Assembly: GCF_009914755.1 (NCBI RefSeq)
Contig: NC_060943.1
DNA from: the human T2T-CHM13v2.0 reference genome, Homo sapiens
Direction: 5' to 3' (one strand)
Length of the DNA: 64,000 nucleotides
Position numbers and translations under genes: made by a program. Below are positions 15,720 to 32,542 of this stretch, one piece after another. The notes beneath the pieces were generated by a model, which did not search any database, had not been told where the DNA came from, and saw nothing but the letters and a program-made list of their open reading frames with translations. Numbering within the stretch: the first letter of the stretch is position 1; each line of letters begins with the position of its first letter.

Positions 15720-16100
15720 TTTTCTAAATTCTAATGACTGCATAATAGTCTACTTAACCAATCTCTGATGGATGGACATTAGGTTACTTCCAATTTTTCA
15801 CCATTAGAAACAACGCTATGATGAATATTCTTATGCATAAATCTTTGTGGTTTCCTCTGATTATATCCTGTGGTGAAAACAGAAAAAGTGGTACTACTGA
15901 ACTAAAGGAGGGAAAAATTGTAAGGCTTTTGAACATAACGCTGGTGTCCCCCAAACCTTCTACCAATTTATATTTTCATACTTTCACCTTAGTTCTAAGT
16001 TTCTACTCAATGGACAAGAAATATTTTAAAGTCTTTTCTAATCTGATAAAAGCTTACTGGTAGGTTTTTAATTTGTATTCCTTTGAAATCTAGTGAGAAT
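15720..16100 (-). mobile_element. Ancient L1M fragment
   Basis: gatggacattaggttacttccaattttt...aacgctatgatgaatattcttatgcataaatcttt. Confidence 0.65.
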
Positions 16101-16108
16101 AAATTTTC

Positions 16109-17240
<1,132 letters not shown>

Positions 17241-17571
17241 TCGTTTACAACTTTTCATGTATTATCTTTCATTTGTATATATTTTTGTGTTCTTTATCTT
17301 TTTCATATCTGTTTATATGTTCTTTACATAATAAAGGCATTGACTGCTTGTCTTATTTGATGTAAATTTCAACTACAGTTAGCTGTTTACCTTTTAGTAG
17401 TGATTTTTGATACTTGGGTCTTTTAAATAGTATGTAGCAAAATCTATAAATCTTTTTCTATAAGATTTATTCTACTAAGGTTTTGTAACAACAGAGAAAA
17501 ATGTCTATGTTATAATTTTAGGTTAAAAGACAAGGTACAAATTTATATTTACAGTATGATTAGAGCTATAT

Positions 17572-17603
17572 CACACACACACACACACGTGCACACACAC
17601 GCA
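17572..17603. repeat. (CA)n microsatellite
   Basis: Interrupted CA run. Confidence 0.8.
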
Positions 17604-17904
17604 CCCCAAATTAAAACCAAAGTCCTAATAGCAAAATCAAGAAGTCTGTCAAAATTCAACAATGGCTTAAGTTGATAGTTGGCCATGTAGATATTTTTTC
17701 TTTTTATTTCTATTTTCTACATAACTTCTGTCTTGTATATGGAGACACAAATATTAGAAGTGAATCTTATTCCACAAACCCAAGTGTGCAAGAAATGTCA
17801 AAATGTTTTTATTAAATCAAGATAAATCTGACTTGAATTACCATCTAGCAGGGCTGTCAGCAGATTTTAGCCCACCTATTTTGTCTCTTCTGTCCCTTTT
17901 TTAA

Positions 17905-19470
17905 AAAATTAATTTTTTAAAATAAATTTTTTAATTTCCATAGGTTATTGGGGAACAGGTGGTGTTTGGTTACATTAGTTAAGTTGTTTAGTGGTGATTT
18001 GTGAGATTTTGGTGCGCCCATCTCCAGAGCAGTATACACTGCCCCCAATTTGTAGTCTTTTATCCCACCCCATTCCCACCCTTTCCCCGTGAGTCCCCAA
18101 AGTCCACTGTGTCATTCTTATGCCTTTGCATCCTCATAGCTTAGCTCCCACTTATGAGTTAGAACATACAATGTTTGGTTTTCCATTCCTGAGTTACTTC
18201 ACTAGAGTAATAGTCTCCAGTCTCATCCAGGTCACTGTGAATGCAATTAATTCATTCCTTTTTATGGCTGAGTAGTATTCCATTGTGTGTGTGTGTGTGT
18301 TTGTATATATATATATATGTTCTTATATATATATTCTTATATATATACATATACAAATTCATAGATATATATATGGATATATACATATATGTATATGTAC
18401 AATATATATGAATATATACTATATATTGTATATATATTCAATACAATAGATATACAATACAATAGATATACAATACAATAGATATACAATACAATATACA
18501 ACATACAATGAATATATATACAATAAAAATATATATGTGTATATACATACACTATATATATACGTGTATATATTCCATCATATATATACATGTATATATA
18601 TATTCCATCATATATATACATGTATATATATATTCCATCATATATATACGTATATATATATTCCATCATATATATATACGTATATATATATTCCATCATA
18701 TATATATACGTATATATATATTCCATCATATATATACGTATATATATATTCCATCATATATATATACATGTATATATATATTCCATCATATATATATACA
18801 TGTATATATATATTCCATCATATATATATACATGTATATATATATTCCATCATATATATATACATGTATATATATATTCCATCATATATATATACATGTA
18901 TATATATATTCCATCATATATATATACATGTATATATATATTCCATCATATATATATACATGTATATATATATTCCATCATATATATATACATGTTTGTA
19001 TATATATATTCCATCATATATATATACATGTTTGTATATATATATTCCATCATATATATATACATGTATATATATTCCATCATATATATATACATGTATA
19101 TATATTCCATCATATATATATACAGGTATATATATTCCATCATATATATATACATGTTTGTATATATATATATTCCATCATATATATATATACATGTTTG
19201 TATATATATATTCCATCATATATATATACATGTTTGTATATATATATTCCATCATATATATATACATGTTTGTATATATATATTCCATCATATATATATA
19301 CATGTTTGTATATATATATTCCATCATATATATATACACGTGTATATATATATTCCATCATATATATATACATGTGTGTATATATATATTCCATCATATA
19401 TATATACATGTGTATATATATATTCCATCATATATATATACATGTGTATATACATATATATACCATCATG

Positions 19471-19507
<37 letters not shown>

Positions 19508-19578
19508 CTCAGTTTCTTTATCCACTCATTGATTGATGGTCATTTGGTCTGGTTCCATGTTTTTGCAATTGTGAGTTG
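17905..19578 (-). mobile_element. L1PB1-like 3' end split by an internal minisatellite
   Basis: Antisense 3'UTR 17905-18283 ends gagtagtattccat; L1 resumes at ~19510 (tttctttatccactcattgattgatgg). Confidence 0.9.
18284..19505. repeat. AT-rich minisatellite, ~28-38 bp unit (tattccatcatatatatatacatgtatata), about 27 copies, with TA/TG/CA flanks
   Basis: Regular recurrence of ttccatca from ~18573 to ~19430; source of I/Y/H ORFs. Confidence 0.97.
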
Positions 19579-20027
19579 AACACTCTAAAATCCCAAAGGT
19601 TGAGCCAATAGTCACTAAACAGGAGCTCATAGTCTTCAGCTGATCCTGATCCCAGCCCCCAGGCCTCATCCAAACTCTCCAATCCATGAGGAAAGACATT
19701 CTTCCAATCCTGACCTGCCACAGGCAAAGGAGCTTTCCCAAGACTCAGAGCCCAGGTACAGGTTCAGCCTGTTTGTGCCACACTGACATTCTGTTCTGAG
19801 GCCTCAGCCCCCTGTGGTCCTGCTTCTGGGCTGCAAAGCTCCAACCACCACCCATTCCCATACGTCATCACACCCCTGCTTCTAACCTGCCTCACCCTCC
19901 ACATCAAAAACACGTGTGTCTCTCCTCTCTCCCAAAGAACTCAGGCCTGGGGAAAACAAAAGCCAGGAAGGGAGGTTGCCTTTAGGAAAAACCCAATGTG
20001 TCTACAGAAAGAATTTAAAGATATTGA

Positions 20028-20502
<475 letters not shown>

Positions 20503-20569
20503 TGACCTGTGTTCTCTTCCATAACTGCCCTCTTAATATTCAATGCTGCAGTCCCACTCCCTAACATCT

Positions 20570-20697
20570 TGCTATGGCTTCAATGTGTCCCCCAACATTC
20601 ATGGGTTGAAAACCAAATCTCCATTCCAATAGTGTTGAGAGGCGGGAACTTTAAGAGCAGCTTGGGTCTTGAGGGCTCTGCCTTCAAACCCAATGCT
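20570..20697 (+). mobile_element. MST/MLT1A-type LTR 5' fragment
   Basis: tgctatggcttcaatgtgtcccccaacattcatg...agtgttgagaggcggg. Confidence 0.7.
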
Positions 20698-20714
20698 CTC
20701 TCTCTCCTCTGGGT

Positions 20715-21225
20715 GTCCTCAGATACTGTTCCCTGGCCTGGAATATTCCTCTTCCACTGAATTCTCTTTGCCTGATCACCTGCCATCCCCACCTCAAGTC
20801 TCAGCAAAAAGCCACCTTCGCCTGGAAGCCTTCTCTGTCCCCTCATGCCTGGGTGAGTGCCATTTAGAGTCCTCTTCACCTGGTGTTACATAGCCTGTTT
20901 CTGTATTTACGGCCTTCTTCAGACTGGAAGCTCCATGAGGCAGGGCCATGTCTGCAGTGCAGTGGGCACTCAGTGAATGAAAAAATCAACAGTGCTCCCC
21001 TGCTTTTGCCGTCCTGTCCCGAAGCCAGCGTGCTGGTCCCTGGGCAATGTAGGGAGTGTGGGAGCTCTGCTTTGTACAGCTCATCACTCCAGTCACTTGA
21101 TGTGGGAGATTGTCATCAGCTGTTGACATACCTGACTTGCCCAGCTGATCTGTGGGCCACTTGAGGGATAGGATCATGTCTCATTTGTCTTTACTTTCTT
21201 AGTGCTCAGCTTAGTGCCTGGCACA
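20715..21225 (+). mobile_element. L2 3' fragments
   Basis: ctgttccctggcctggaat, ggaagccttctct, agactggaagctccatgaggcaggg, cttagtgcctggcaca. Confidence 0.65.
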
Positions 21226-21665
21226 CACCACACACACATGAGATTTTTTTTTTTTTTTTTTTTTTTAGTTCTTAAATCCAGCCCATTTCTTTGGGGCCTG
21301 CTGTGGAAGATGAAAATGGAAGTTGGCAGCTGGAATGGATCTGTAGACAGGAAACCTGGGAGATGACAACTGCCGTCCTGGGATGGGAGCAGGGTCCAGG
21401 GAAGGATCAGGGGCTCATATCTTCCAGATTTCAGCTCTTAGCACTCCCGCAGGGCTCCATCTCTGACCTACTGACCGGCTCCTAGGAAGGGCTCTGCCAG
21501 TTATTCCTTTTGCTTTCTTCTTGCACTTCCCACAGCCAAACCATGAAATAACAGGACCTGGACTCTGCCAGACATGCAGACATCTCCTACCCAACTGGAG
21601 AGCTGAAACCTGAATATTGCTCTTGGCCCCACTTGGAATGTCTGCTCCGCAGCCGGCCTCTCCCA

Positions 21666-21822
21666 ATACATACACATACGCACACACATGCATATACACA
21701 CATGCATACATACATGCACACACATGCATACATATAACACACACACACACACACATGCATGCACGCACACACACAGGTGCATGCACACACACAGGTGCAT
21801 GCGCAGGTTCACCTGTACACAT
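21666..21822. repeat. (CA)/(CATG)-rich simple repeat
   Basis: Degenerate CA tract. Confidence 0.85.
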
Positions 21823-22772
21823 CACCCATATTTACTTGCTCTTCACCTTTTAGTCTAACACAAATTACTCCAAGAGCCTTCCCTGAACTACAACTTCATC
21901 AGCCCTTCTACTGATGTATGAACGCTCAGTGTGCTGGCTGGTTTCTTATTTAGTGCTACATCCCCCACTAGGTACAAATTCCTGAGTTGCAGAGGTTGGC
22001 TGTCATGGTCCCTACCCTGCCCCTGACGCTTGGCATAGCATCTGGCACCCAGCAATGTAATGAATACCACTGAGTGTGGAATCCCTCCACAACCATCACA
22101 AGTAGGAAGCCCCAGCGGTTTTGAGTTAACTCCCAGTTCACCAAAGCCAGTGGCCACCATCCCTACTGTCTGAAGTTTCAAGCCAAGCTCCTCAAGTGAG
22201 GCTGAGTCAAAAGATGTTTTCTGCTTTGTGACCTCTCAGGCTGAAAATACTTGAGAGGTCAAGTATTGAGAAAAAAAGGGGAGGGGTGGGGTTAAGCAGT
22301 TTGAGCTCTTTACAAACAAGATGCAAGCAAACAAAGCCCAGGCCCCAGGTGAAAGATAAACATAACATGTTCTATAAATCACAATTACAAAATATTCATC
22401 TGTCCTCCTTAAAACACAATCCCGCATAAGCCATTCTGAAATATGTAAAATGTTGCAGCACTGTTGGGGAAATGCATGATCTCAGATTTAAGAAGAACCA
22501 TTGAACCCAGTACACCCCACTTGCCTTTATCTTTTGGTATTTCCAGAACCAGAGGCTCCAGTAACCCTCATTTTCCCTCATGCCAACACCCTGCAAATCT
22601 GTGTCACCCCAGATAGACTGTGGGCCCAGCATTTGCCTCAGCTGCACTAGAGAGAGGTTTGCCATCAGTAGCAGTTAGGAGATTAAATGGGTACAGTAGT
22701 CTCAGACATGGGAACCACAGAGTTAAAAGTTCAGAAAAGACTATGATAATAAATGTGATAGAAAGTTCAGGC

Positions 22773-23309
22773 AATCCCATTACTGTGCATATGCCCAAAG
22801 GAAAATAAATCATTCTACGAAAAAGACACCTGCACTCATATGTTCATCACAGCACTATTCACAAAAGCAAAGACATGGTATCAACCCACTGCCCATCAAC
22901 AGTGGACTGGATAAAGAAAAGGTGGTCCATATACATCATGGAATACAATGCAGCAATAAAAAAGAGTGAAATCATGTTTTCTGCAGCAACACGGATGCAG
23001 CTGGAGGCCATTATCCTAAGTGAATTAAAGCAGGAACAGAAAACAGAGTGTCACATGTTCTCAATTATAAGTGGGAGCTGAACCTTGGGTACACATGGAC
23101 ATAAACATGGGAGCAGTAGACACTGGGAACTCCAAAAGAGGGGACGGAAGGGAGGAGGGCAAAGGCTGAAAAACTTTCTATTGGGTCCCATGCTCACTAC
23201 CTGGGTGATGGGATCAATCATATCCCAAATCTCAGCATCACGCAATGTACTCTTGTAATAAACCTGCACATGGACCCTTAAATGTAAAATAAAATTAAAA
23301 GAAAAATAA
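22773..23309 (+). mobile_element. L1PB (PB4-like) 3' end with 13-bp TSD
   Basis: ORF2 end plus PB 3'UTR; TSD agaaagttcaggc at 22760-22772 and 23310-23322. Confidence 0.93.
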
Positions 23310-23413
23310 AGAAAGTTCAGGCCTTATATAGATCTTAACTGAAACCTAATAATAACATTTGATTTGAATATGAAGAGGGAGAAAGCAAAAGAGATAATTA
23401 TTTTGCCTTAAAA

Positions 23414-23628
23414 CATGTGCCGGCAAACTTTTGTAAGGGGACAATTAGTGAATATTTCAGACTGTGACCACATGGCCTTTGCCAAAACTCACCTCTGCCA
23501 CTATAGCATGAAAGCGGTCACCAACAGTGTGTAAACAAACGACTATGGCTGAGTTCCAATACAAGCTTACTTACAAAAATAGGCAGCGGGCCAGATTTGG
23601 CCCACAACCCATAGTTTGCTAACCTCTG
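23414..23628 (+). mobile_element. MER58A (hAT-Charlie)
   Basis: cggcaaactttt..gtaaggg...aggcagcgggccagatttggccc...atagtttgctaacctctg. Confidence 0.85.
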
Positions 23629-23634
23629 TCTTAT

Positions 23635-23708
23635 AGTAGAGTGGAATAGAATGGAATGGAATAGAATAGAATAGAATAGAATAGAATAGAAGAATAGAAT
23701 AGAATAGT
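23635..23708. repeat. (AATAG)n / (AATGG)n pentanucleotide repeat
   Basis: gaatagaatggaatggaatagaatagaatag... Confidence 0.9.
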
Positions 23709-23769
23709 TGTGTACTCTTCCCAAATCAATAAAAGTTTAACAACAGTCTAAGAATTGCATGTCTATATA

Positions 23770-24900
23770 CACATTTACTGACAAAATGATTCTGAGTTTC
23801 ATTTGAAGAGTAAAATAAGAGTAAATAAAAATTTTAAGGAAATAGGAGAGACTTGCAGTAATAGATATTGAAATGCATTATAAAGCTATAGCACTTAAAA
23901 CAACGTGGAATGGACAGATCAATGGATAAGAATTGATATCCCAGAAACATTCCCTAGTGTATACAAACATTTCATTTATGATAAAATCAGCATCTCATCA
24001 AAAGAAAAAGATAGATTTTTCAATTGATAATTACTAGATAATTAGGAAAAAGCCATTCAAGTCTTTTTTTTAATCTATCCATCCTATTCTATAGCAAGCC
24101 AATTTTAGATTAAGTAGTTAAATTTCAAAAGTTACTTGAAAATACAACAGTGATCAGGATGGGAAAGAACTTTCAAAGCATAAAATTAGGGTAACATACA
24201 AGAAGTGAATAAAACTAACCTCTTCATCTAAAAACACATCACTATCATAAACAATAACAACAAAAAACAAATGAACAGTGATTTTTAAAAACACTATAGA
24301 TAAGGAATTAATTTTCTTTCTACTTTTAAAACTACTTAGAAATCAATTTAAGAAAAAAATCTATCTACCTGAAAACAAAATCAATGAGTGATCCTTTCTG
24401 AGTTGTGGTAATACTAGCAATCTTTGTTTTTATGCTTTTCTGTATTTGTCTATATTTTGCAATACAGGTGTATTACTTTTATAAGCATAATAAAGACCAA
24501 CAATATTTTAAAGCAAACATTTACCACAATAGGAGTGGGCTGGAGGAAGAGGTTGTGAAAAACATGAGATTCTAAAGAATATTAGTGCAAATGGTAATAA
24601 AGACATAAAAATGGGCATAGTCAGAACTAATTAAAGAAATGACAATGAAACACCAATTTTAATGTATAAAAGTGGCAGAATTTTTACAAAAACATATAAG
24701 ATTCTCTGTGGGGAATGTATAAAGAAATTGTATTATCATACATGCTTGTCATCAAGTAATTGGATAAAACACTTCTGGAAGGCAATTTGGCAATATATAT
24801 AAAGAACCTTAAATATGTACATACCCTTTAGTCTAGTCCCACTTCTAAAACTTAGTCCTTAAAAGTGAATTAGGCAGGTGCAGATAATTTATGTACAAGA
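23770..24900 (+). mobile_element. Ancient L1M ORF2 3' remnant
   Basis: tataaagctatag, gacagatcaatggataagaattg, cttctggaaggcaatttggcaatat. Confidence 0.7.
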
Positions 24901-26849
24901 GGGGGATAACACAGAAGGATAGGTGGGATGAGTGTCCTCCTGCATCGGTCCATTCTTGCTTTGCTATAAAGTAGTACCTGAGGCTGGGTAGTATATAAAG
25001 AAGAAGTTTATTCTGGCTCACAATTCTGCAGGCTGTATGGAGGCATGGCAAACAGCATCTGCCACTGATGAGAACTCAGGAAGTCTAAAATCATGGTGGA
25101 AGGCAAAGGAGGAGAAGGCATGTCACATCCAAGAGTGAGAGCAAGAAGGGGAAGTCCAAGACTCTTTTAAATGATCAGCTCTTGCATAAACTACCAGAGT
25201 GAGAACTCACTCATTACCATGGGGATGGCACTGAGGCATTCATGAGGGTTCCATCAATGTAACACAATCACCTCCACCAGGCCCCACCTCCAGCATTGGG
25301 GATTACATTTAAAAATGAGATTTGGAGGAGACACACATCCAAACCATATTATGATGCCCTTGGCCCCCCAGTTGACATGCCTTTCTCGCATTGCAAAATA
25401 CAATTGTCTTTTCCTAACAGTGCCCCAAAGTCTTAACTTGTTCTAGCATTAAGTCCAAAGTCCTAAGTCTCATCTGAGACTCAAGTCAAGTTCCATCCAC
25501 CTGTGAGCCTGTGAAATCAAAGACAAGTTATTTACTTCCAAGGTACGAAGGTGGCACGGGCATTGGATAAATTCCCATTCCAAAAGGAGAAATAGGTCAA
25601 AAGAAAGAGGCAATAGACTCCATGCAAATCTAAAATCCACCAGGGTAGACATTAAATTTTAAAGCTCCAACATAATCTCCTTTGACTCCATGTCCTGCAT
25701 CTTGGTGCTAGAGGTGGGCACCCAGGCCTTGGGCAGCTCCACCCTTGTGGCTTTGCAGAGTGCAGCCCACATGGATGCTCTCGCAGGTTAGAGTTGAGAG
25801 CCTGCAGATTTTCCATGCTGAAATTGCAAACTGCTGGTGGTTCTACCATTCTCAGGTCTGGAGACTTCCTTCCCACAGCTCCACTCAGCAGTGCCCTGGT
25901 AAGGACTCTAACCCTACATTTCCCCTCAACACTACTGTAGCAGATGCTTTCTGTGTGGCCTAAGACTCTGAAGCAGGCCTCTGTGTGCTTTCCAATATAT
26001 CCTCTGAAATCTGGGTGGAAGCTGCCAAGCCTCCTTCACTCTTGCATTCTGTGTGCCTGCAGGCTTAAAATCATATGGAAGCAGGCAAGGCTTGCTCCCT
26101 CCAAAGGTGTGGCCTAAGCTGTTATCTGCAGCCCTTTGAGCCAAAGCTGGAGCTGGAGCAGCCAGGGAGCAGTATCCTGAGGCTGCACAGGAGCAGCAGG
26201 GCCCCAGGCCTGGCCCTGAAAGCATTCTTTCCTCCTAGACCTCTGGGCCTGTGAGGGGAGGGCCTGTCTTTAAGATTTCTGAAATGCTTTTAAGACCTTT
26301 CCCCATGTTCTTGAATATTAGAACCTATCATTTTTTTGGCCATGCAAATGGCTAAGTTGTTCTCTTAGCCTACTTGGATTTCTCTCCTGAAAATGCTCTT
26401 TCCTTCTCTACTACATGGCTAGGGAGCAAATTTCAAAATTTTTATGCTCTGCTTCCCTTTCAAATATAAGTTCCAACTTTAAGTCATCCCTTTGCTCCTA
26501 TATCTGTTCATAGGTTGTTAGAAGCAGCCATGCCACATCTTGAATGCTTTGGTGCTTAGAAATTTCTTCCACCAGATACCCTAGATCATCACTCTTAAGT
26601 GCAAACTTCCACAATGACCTAGGATGTGATCATGATGCAACCAAACTCTTTGCTAAGGTGTAACAAGAATGATCTTTGCTCCAATTCCCAGTAAGTTCCT
26701 CATTTCCATCAGAGACCTTTCCATCCTGGCCTTCATTGTCCATATTTCTAGTGGCATTTTGGTCGCAACCACTTAACAAGTCTCTAAGAAGTTTCAAACT
26801 TTCCCTCATCTTCCTGTCTTCTTCTGAGGCCTTCAAACTCTTTCAACCT

Positions 26850-29066
26850 TGTATGAGTCTGTTTTCACACTGCTGATAAAGACATAACTGAGACTGGGCA
26901 ATTTAAAAAAAAGAAAGAGGTTTAATGGGCTTACAGTTCCACATGACTAGGGAGGACTCATAATCATGGAGGAAGGCAAGAAGGAACAAATCACAACTTA
27001 CATGGATGACAGCAGACGAAGAGAGAGCTTGTGCAGGGAAACTCTGCTTTTTAAAACTATCAAATCTGGTGAGACTTATTCACTACCACAAGAACAGCAT
27101 GGGAAATACCTGCTCCCATGATTCAGTTACCTCCCACTTGGTCCTTCCCACAACATGTGAGAATTCAAGATGAGATTTTCGTGAGGACACAGCCAAACCA
27201 TATCATTCTGCCCCTGGCCTCTCCCAAATCTCACGTCCTCACATTTCAAAACCAGTCATGCCTTCTCAACAGTCCCCCAAAGTCTTAATTTGCTTCAGCA
27301 TTAACTCAAATGTCCAAAGTCCAAAGTCTCATCCAAAACAGGCAAGTCCCTTTTGCCTATGAGCCTGCAAAATCCAAAGCAAGTTAGCTACTTCCTGGAT
27401 ACAATGGGGGTACAGGCATTGGGTAAATACAGCCATTCCAAATGGGAGAAATTGGCCAAAACCAAGGGGCTACATGCCCCATGCAAGTCAGAAATCCAGT
27501 GGGGCAGTCAAATCTTAAAGCTCCAAAATGATCTCCTCTGACTCCATGTCTCACACCAAGGTCATGCTGATGCAAGAGGTGAGTACTCATGCTCTTGAAC
27601 AGCTCCTCCCCTGTGGCTTTGCAGGGTACAGCCTCCCTCCTGGCTGTTTTCATGGGCTGCCATTGAGTGTCTGTGGCTTTTCTAGGTGCCTGGTGCAAGC
27701 TGTCAATGGATCTACCATTCTGGGGTCTGGAGGATGGTAGCCCTCTTCTCACAGCTCCACTAGGTGGAGCCCGAGTAGGGACTCTGTGTAGGGGCTCTGA
27801 TCCCGTATTTCCCTTCTGCACTGCCCTAGCAGAGGTTCTTCATGAGGGCCCTGCCCCTGCAGCAAACTTCTGCCTGGACATCCAGGCATTTCTACACATC
27901 CTCTGAAATCTAGGTGGAGGTTCCCAAACCTCAATTCTTGACTTTTGTGCACCTGGAGTCTCTATACCACTTGGGAACTCCCAAGGCTTGGGGCTTTCAC
28001 CCTCTGAAGCCATGGCCTGAGCTGTAGCTTGACCTGTTTCTGTCATAGCTAAACAGCTTGGATACAAGGCGAAAAGTCCCTAGACTGCACACAGCAGGGG
28101 GATCTTAGGCCTGGCCCACAATACCATTTTTCCCTCCTAAACCTGTGATGGGAGGCACCACTGCAAAGGTCTCTGACATGCCTTGGAAACATTTTTCCCA
28201 TTGACTTGGTGATTAACATTGGGCTCCTTGCTACTTATGCAAATTTCTGCAGCTGGCTTGAATTTCTTCTCAGAAAATGGGATTTGCATTATCAGGCCTA
28301 TTGCATTGTCAGGCTGCAAATTTTCCAAACGTTCATGCTCTGCTTACTTTATGAAACTGGATTCCTTTAACAGCACTCCAGTCACCTCTTGAATGCTATG
28401 TTGCTTAGAAATTTCTTCTGCCAGATACCCTAAATCATCTCTCTCAAGTTCAAAGTTCCACAGATCTCTAGGGCAGGGGAAAAATGCTGCCAGTCTCTTT
28501 GCTAAAATATAAAAAGAGTCATCTTTGCTCCAGTTCCCAGCAAGTTCCTCATCTCCATCTGAGATCACCTCAGCCTGGATTTCATTGTCCATGTCATTAT
28601 CACCATTTTGGTCTTCTTCTGAACCCTCCAAACTGTTCCAACCTTTGCCTGTTACGTAGTTCCAAAGTCACGTCCATATTTTCAGGTATCTTTTCAGCAG
28701 TGCCCCACTCCCAGCACCAATTTACTGTATTAGTCAATTTTCATGCTGCTGATAAAGACATACTTGAGACTAGGCAATTTACAAAAGAAAGAGGTTTAAT
28801 AGACTTACCGTTCCAAGTGGCTGGTGAAGCCTCACAATCATGGTGGAAGGCAAGGAGAAACAAATCACGTCTTACATGGATGGCAGCAGGCAGAGAGAGC
28901 TTGTGCAGGGAAACTGCCCCTTATAGAACCATCAGATCTCCTGAGACTTATTCACTATCACAAGAATAGCACAGGAAAGACCTGCCCCCATAATTCAATT
29001 ACCTGTCACTGGGTCCCTCCCACAACACATGTTGTGTTTGGGTGGGGACACAGCCAAACCATATCA
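26850..29066 (-). mobile_element. Full-length THE1 (THE1A/B-like) provirus nested in MST-int: LTR 26850-27205, internal, LTR 28726-29066
   Basis: Both LTRs run tgtat.agtc...cagccaaaccatatca with gagagagcttgtgcagggaaact; perfect TSD aacct at 26845-26849 and 29067-29071. Confidence 0.95.
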
Positions 29067-29511
29067 AACCTCTTCCCATTACCACATTTTCAGGTATCTT
29101 TACAGCAACACCCCACTCCTTGGTAACAATTTTCTATATTAGTCTGTTTGCATGGCTATAAAGGAATACCCAAGGCTGGGTAATTTGTAAAGAAAAGAGG
29201 TTTATTTTGGATCACAATTCTGCAGGCTGTACAAGCATGGCACTAGCATCTGCTCCTGGTGAGGCTTCAGGAAGCATCCAATTGTGGTGGAAGGTGAAAG
29301 GGGAGCAGGAACATCACATGGCAGCAGTTTGAGCAAGAGAGAGAGGCAGGGAGGTTCCAGATTATTTTAAACAACCAGATCTCATGTGAACTACCAGAGC
29401 AAGAACTCATTCACGACCATGGGAGGGCACCAAGCTGTTCATGAGGTAATCCACCCCACTGACCCAAACACTTCCTACCAGGCCCCTCCTGCAACATTGG
29501 TGGTCACAACA

Positions 29512-29892
29512 TTTCTTTTCTTTCTTATTTCTTTTTTTTTAGTTTTTTTTTCTTTTTCTTTTTTTTCTTTCTTTTTTTTTTTTTTTTTGAGATAGGGTCT
29601 CATTTTATCACTTGGGCTGGCATACACATACAGTGGAGCAATCATGGTTCACTGCAGCCTTGACCTTCTCCTGGGCTTAGTTGATCCTCCCACCTCAGCC
29701 TCCCAAGTAGCTGGGACTAATGGCATGCACCACCACATGCAGCTAAATTTTTTATTTCTATTTTTGTATTTTCAGTAGAGACGGAGTTTCCCCATCTTGC
29801 CCAGGCTGGTCTCAAACTCCTGGGCTCAAGCGATCCACCCACCTCAGCCTCCCAAAGTGCTATGATTACAGGCCGGAGCCACTGCATCTGGC
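29512..29892 (-). mobile_element. AluJ inserted in the MST LTR
   Basis: Long T-rich tail, J diagnostics, TSD-like ggtcac..atttc. Confidence 0.92.
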
Positions 29893-30249
29893 TGGAGGTC
29901 ACATTTCAACATGAGATTTGTAGGGCACAAAACATCCAAACCACATCACCTCTCTGAGCTTACCATCAGTGGGAAGCTGACCCCACTTCTGGCACTGCAT
30001 AATTTCTTTTCCATTTGTGACAAATTATTGGTTTCAGCCTGGACCCTGACACCAAGAATGTCCTCAACTCTCAGCCTGCACTTGATAAGCACCTTACACA
30101 AGTTTCTGGAAAAGTTGCTGCTCAAGATGGGCCAGCCACATCTCTGATGCCTGATTACTCTTATCCCTGAAAGGTTCTCATCTTTCTCCTTCCCTAAATG
30201 GGCTGAGTCTGGTGTCAAGGGGGTGGTGTTTTGTGTCAAAAGACCTGGA

Positions 30250-31953
<1,704 letters not shown>

Positions 31954-32542
31954 TAAACCCTGGAACATCAAACCGATGGCCACACTGAAATGACAGCCAG
32001 GAAACCGGGCCTTCCCACGGGCCAGCATGGGACGCCTCATGTCCATGATCTGACCACCTCCTGCACATGGACATAGAGCAGGGAACACCATGAGCAGCAG
32101 GGGAGATTTTAAGGAGGAAGTAGAAAATAAAAGAGGACCTCAATCCCCATGCCTGTGAGACATGAGGGCTCTGTTGCCCTGTGGATTCTGTTTTATGCTT
32201 CCTTTTCTGCCTTTTCTTCTTGTCCTGTGCTTTTCCTTCTCTAGTAAAGCGCTCTGTATTCTAAACGTGGTAATAAACCAAGTGGCCTTGTCTGCTCTCA
32301 TCTTTAACCAGAAATATAATCTCCTCGTTAACCTTTGGGGGGAGGTCTGGCTCTGCCCCTCAAGGGTCAGAGGCCAGAATATTTGGGCATGCCCGTGGCC
32401 TTAGCTTCCTTGGTCAGCCTGAGTTAATGGGAGATCAGCATGTGGGGCAGAGCTCTCATTTGCTGGGGGTGGAGGGGGCACAGTCATTAATGGTTTCTAT
32501 GGCAAAACACTCTGGGTCTTTTGCATTTGAGAGCATTGCTAC

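Larger units (their letters stand above)
24941..29948 (-). mobile_element. Full-length MST (MSTB-like) MaLR provirus: LTR 24941-25351, internal 25352-26849 and 29067-29134, LTR 29135-29948
   Basis: Two MSTB-type LTRs (gaactcac/attca..accatggg..ggcac..ttcatgagg) flank MaLR internal sequence; TSD cctcc/cctct. Confidence 0.9.

Noticed and set aside
18337-19579. 329-342 aa I/Y/H-rich ORFs
   Set aside because: Stop-free reading of the AT minisatellite in all forward frames
25470-29126. Several 60-160 aa ORFs, some mutually similar
   Set aside because: Broken remnants of MaLR internal ORFs and LTR sequence, not host genes
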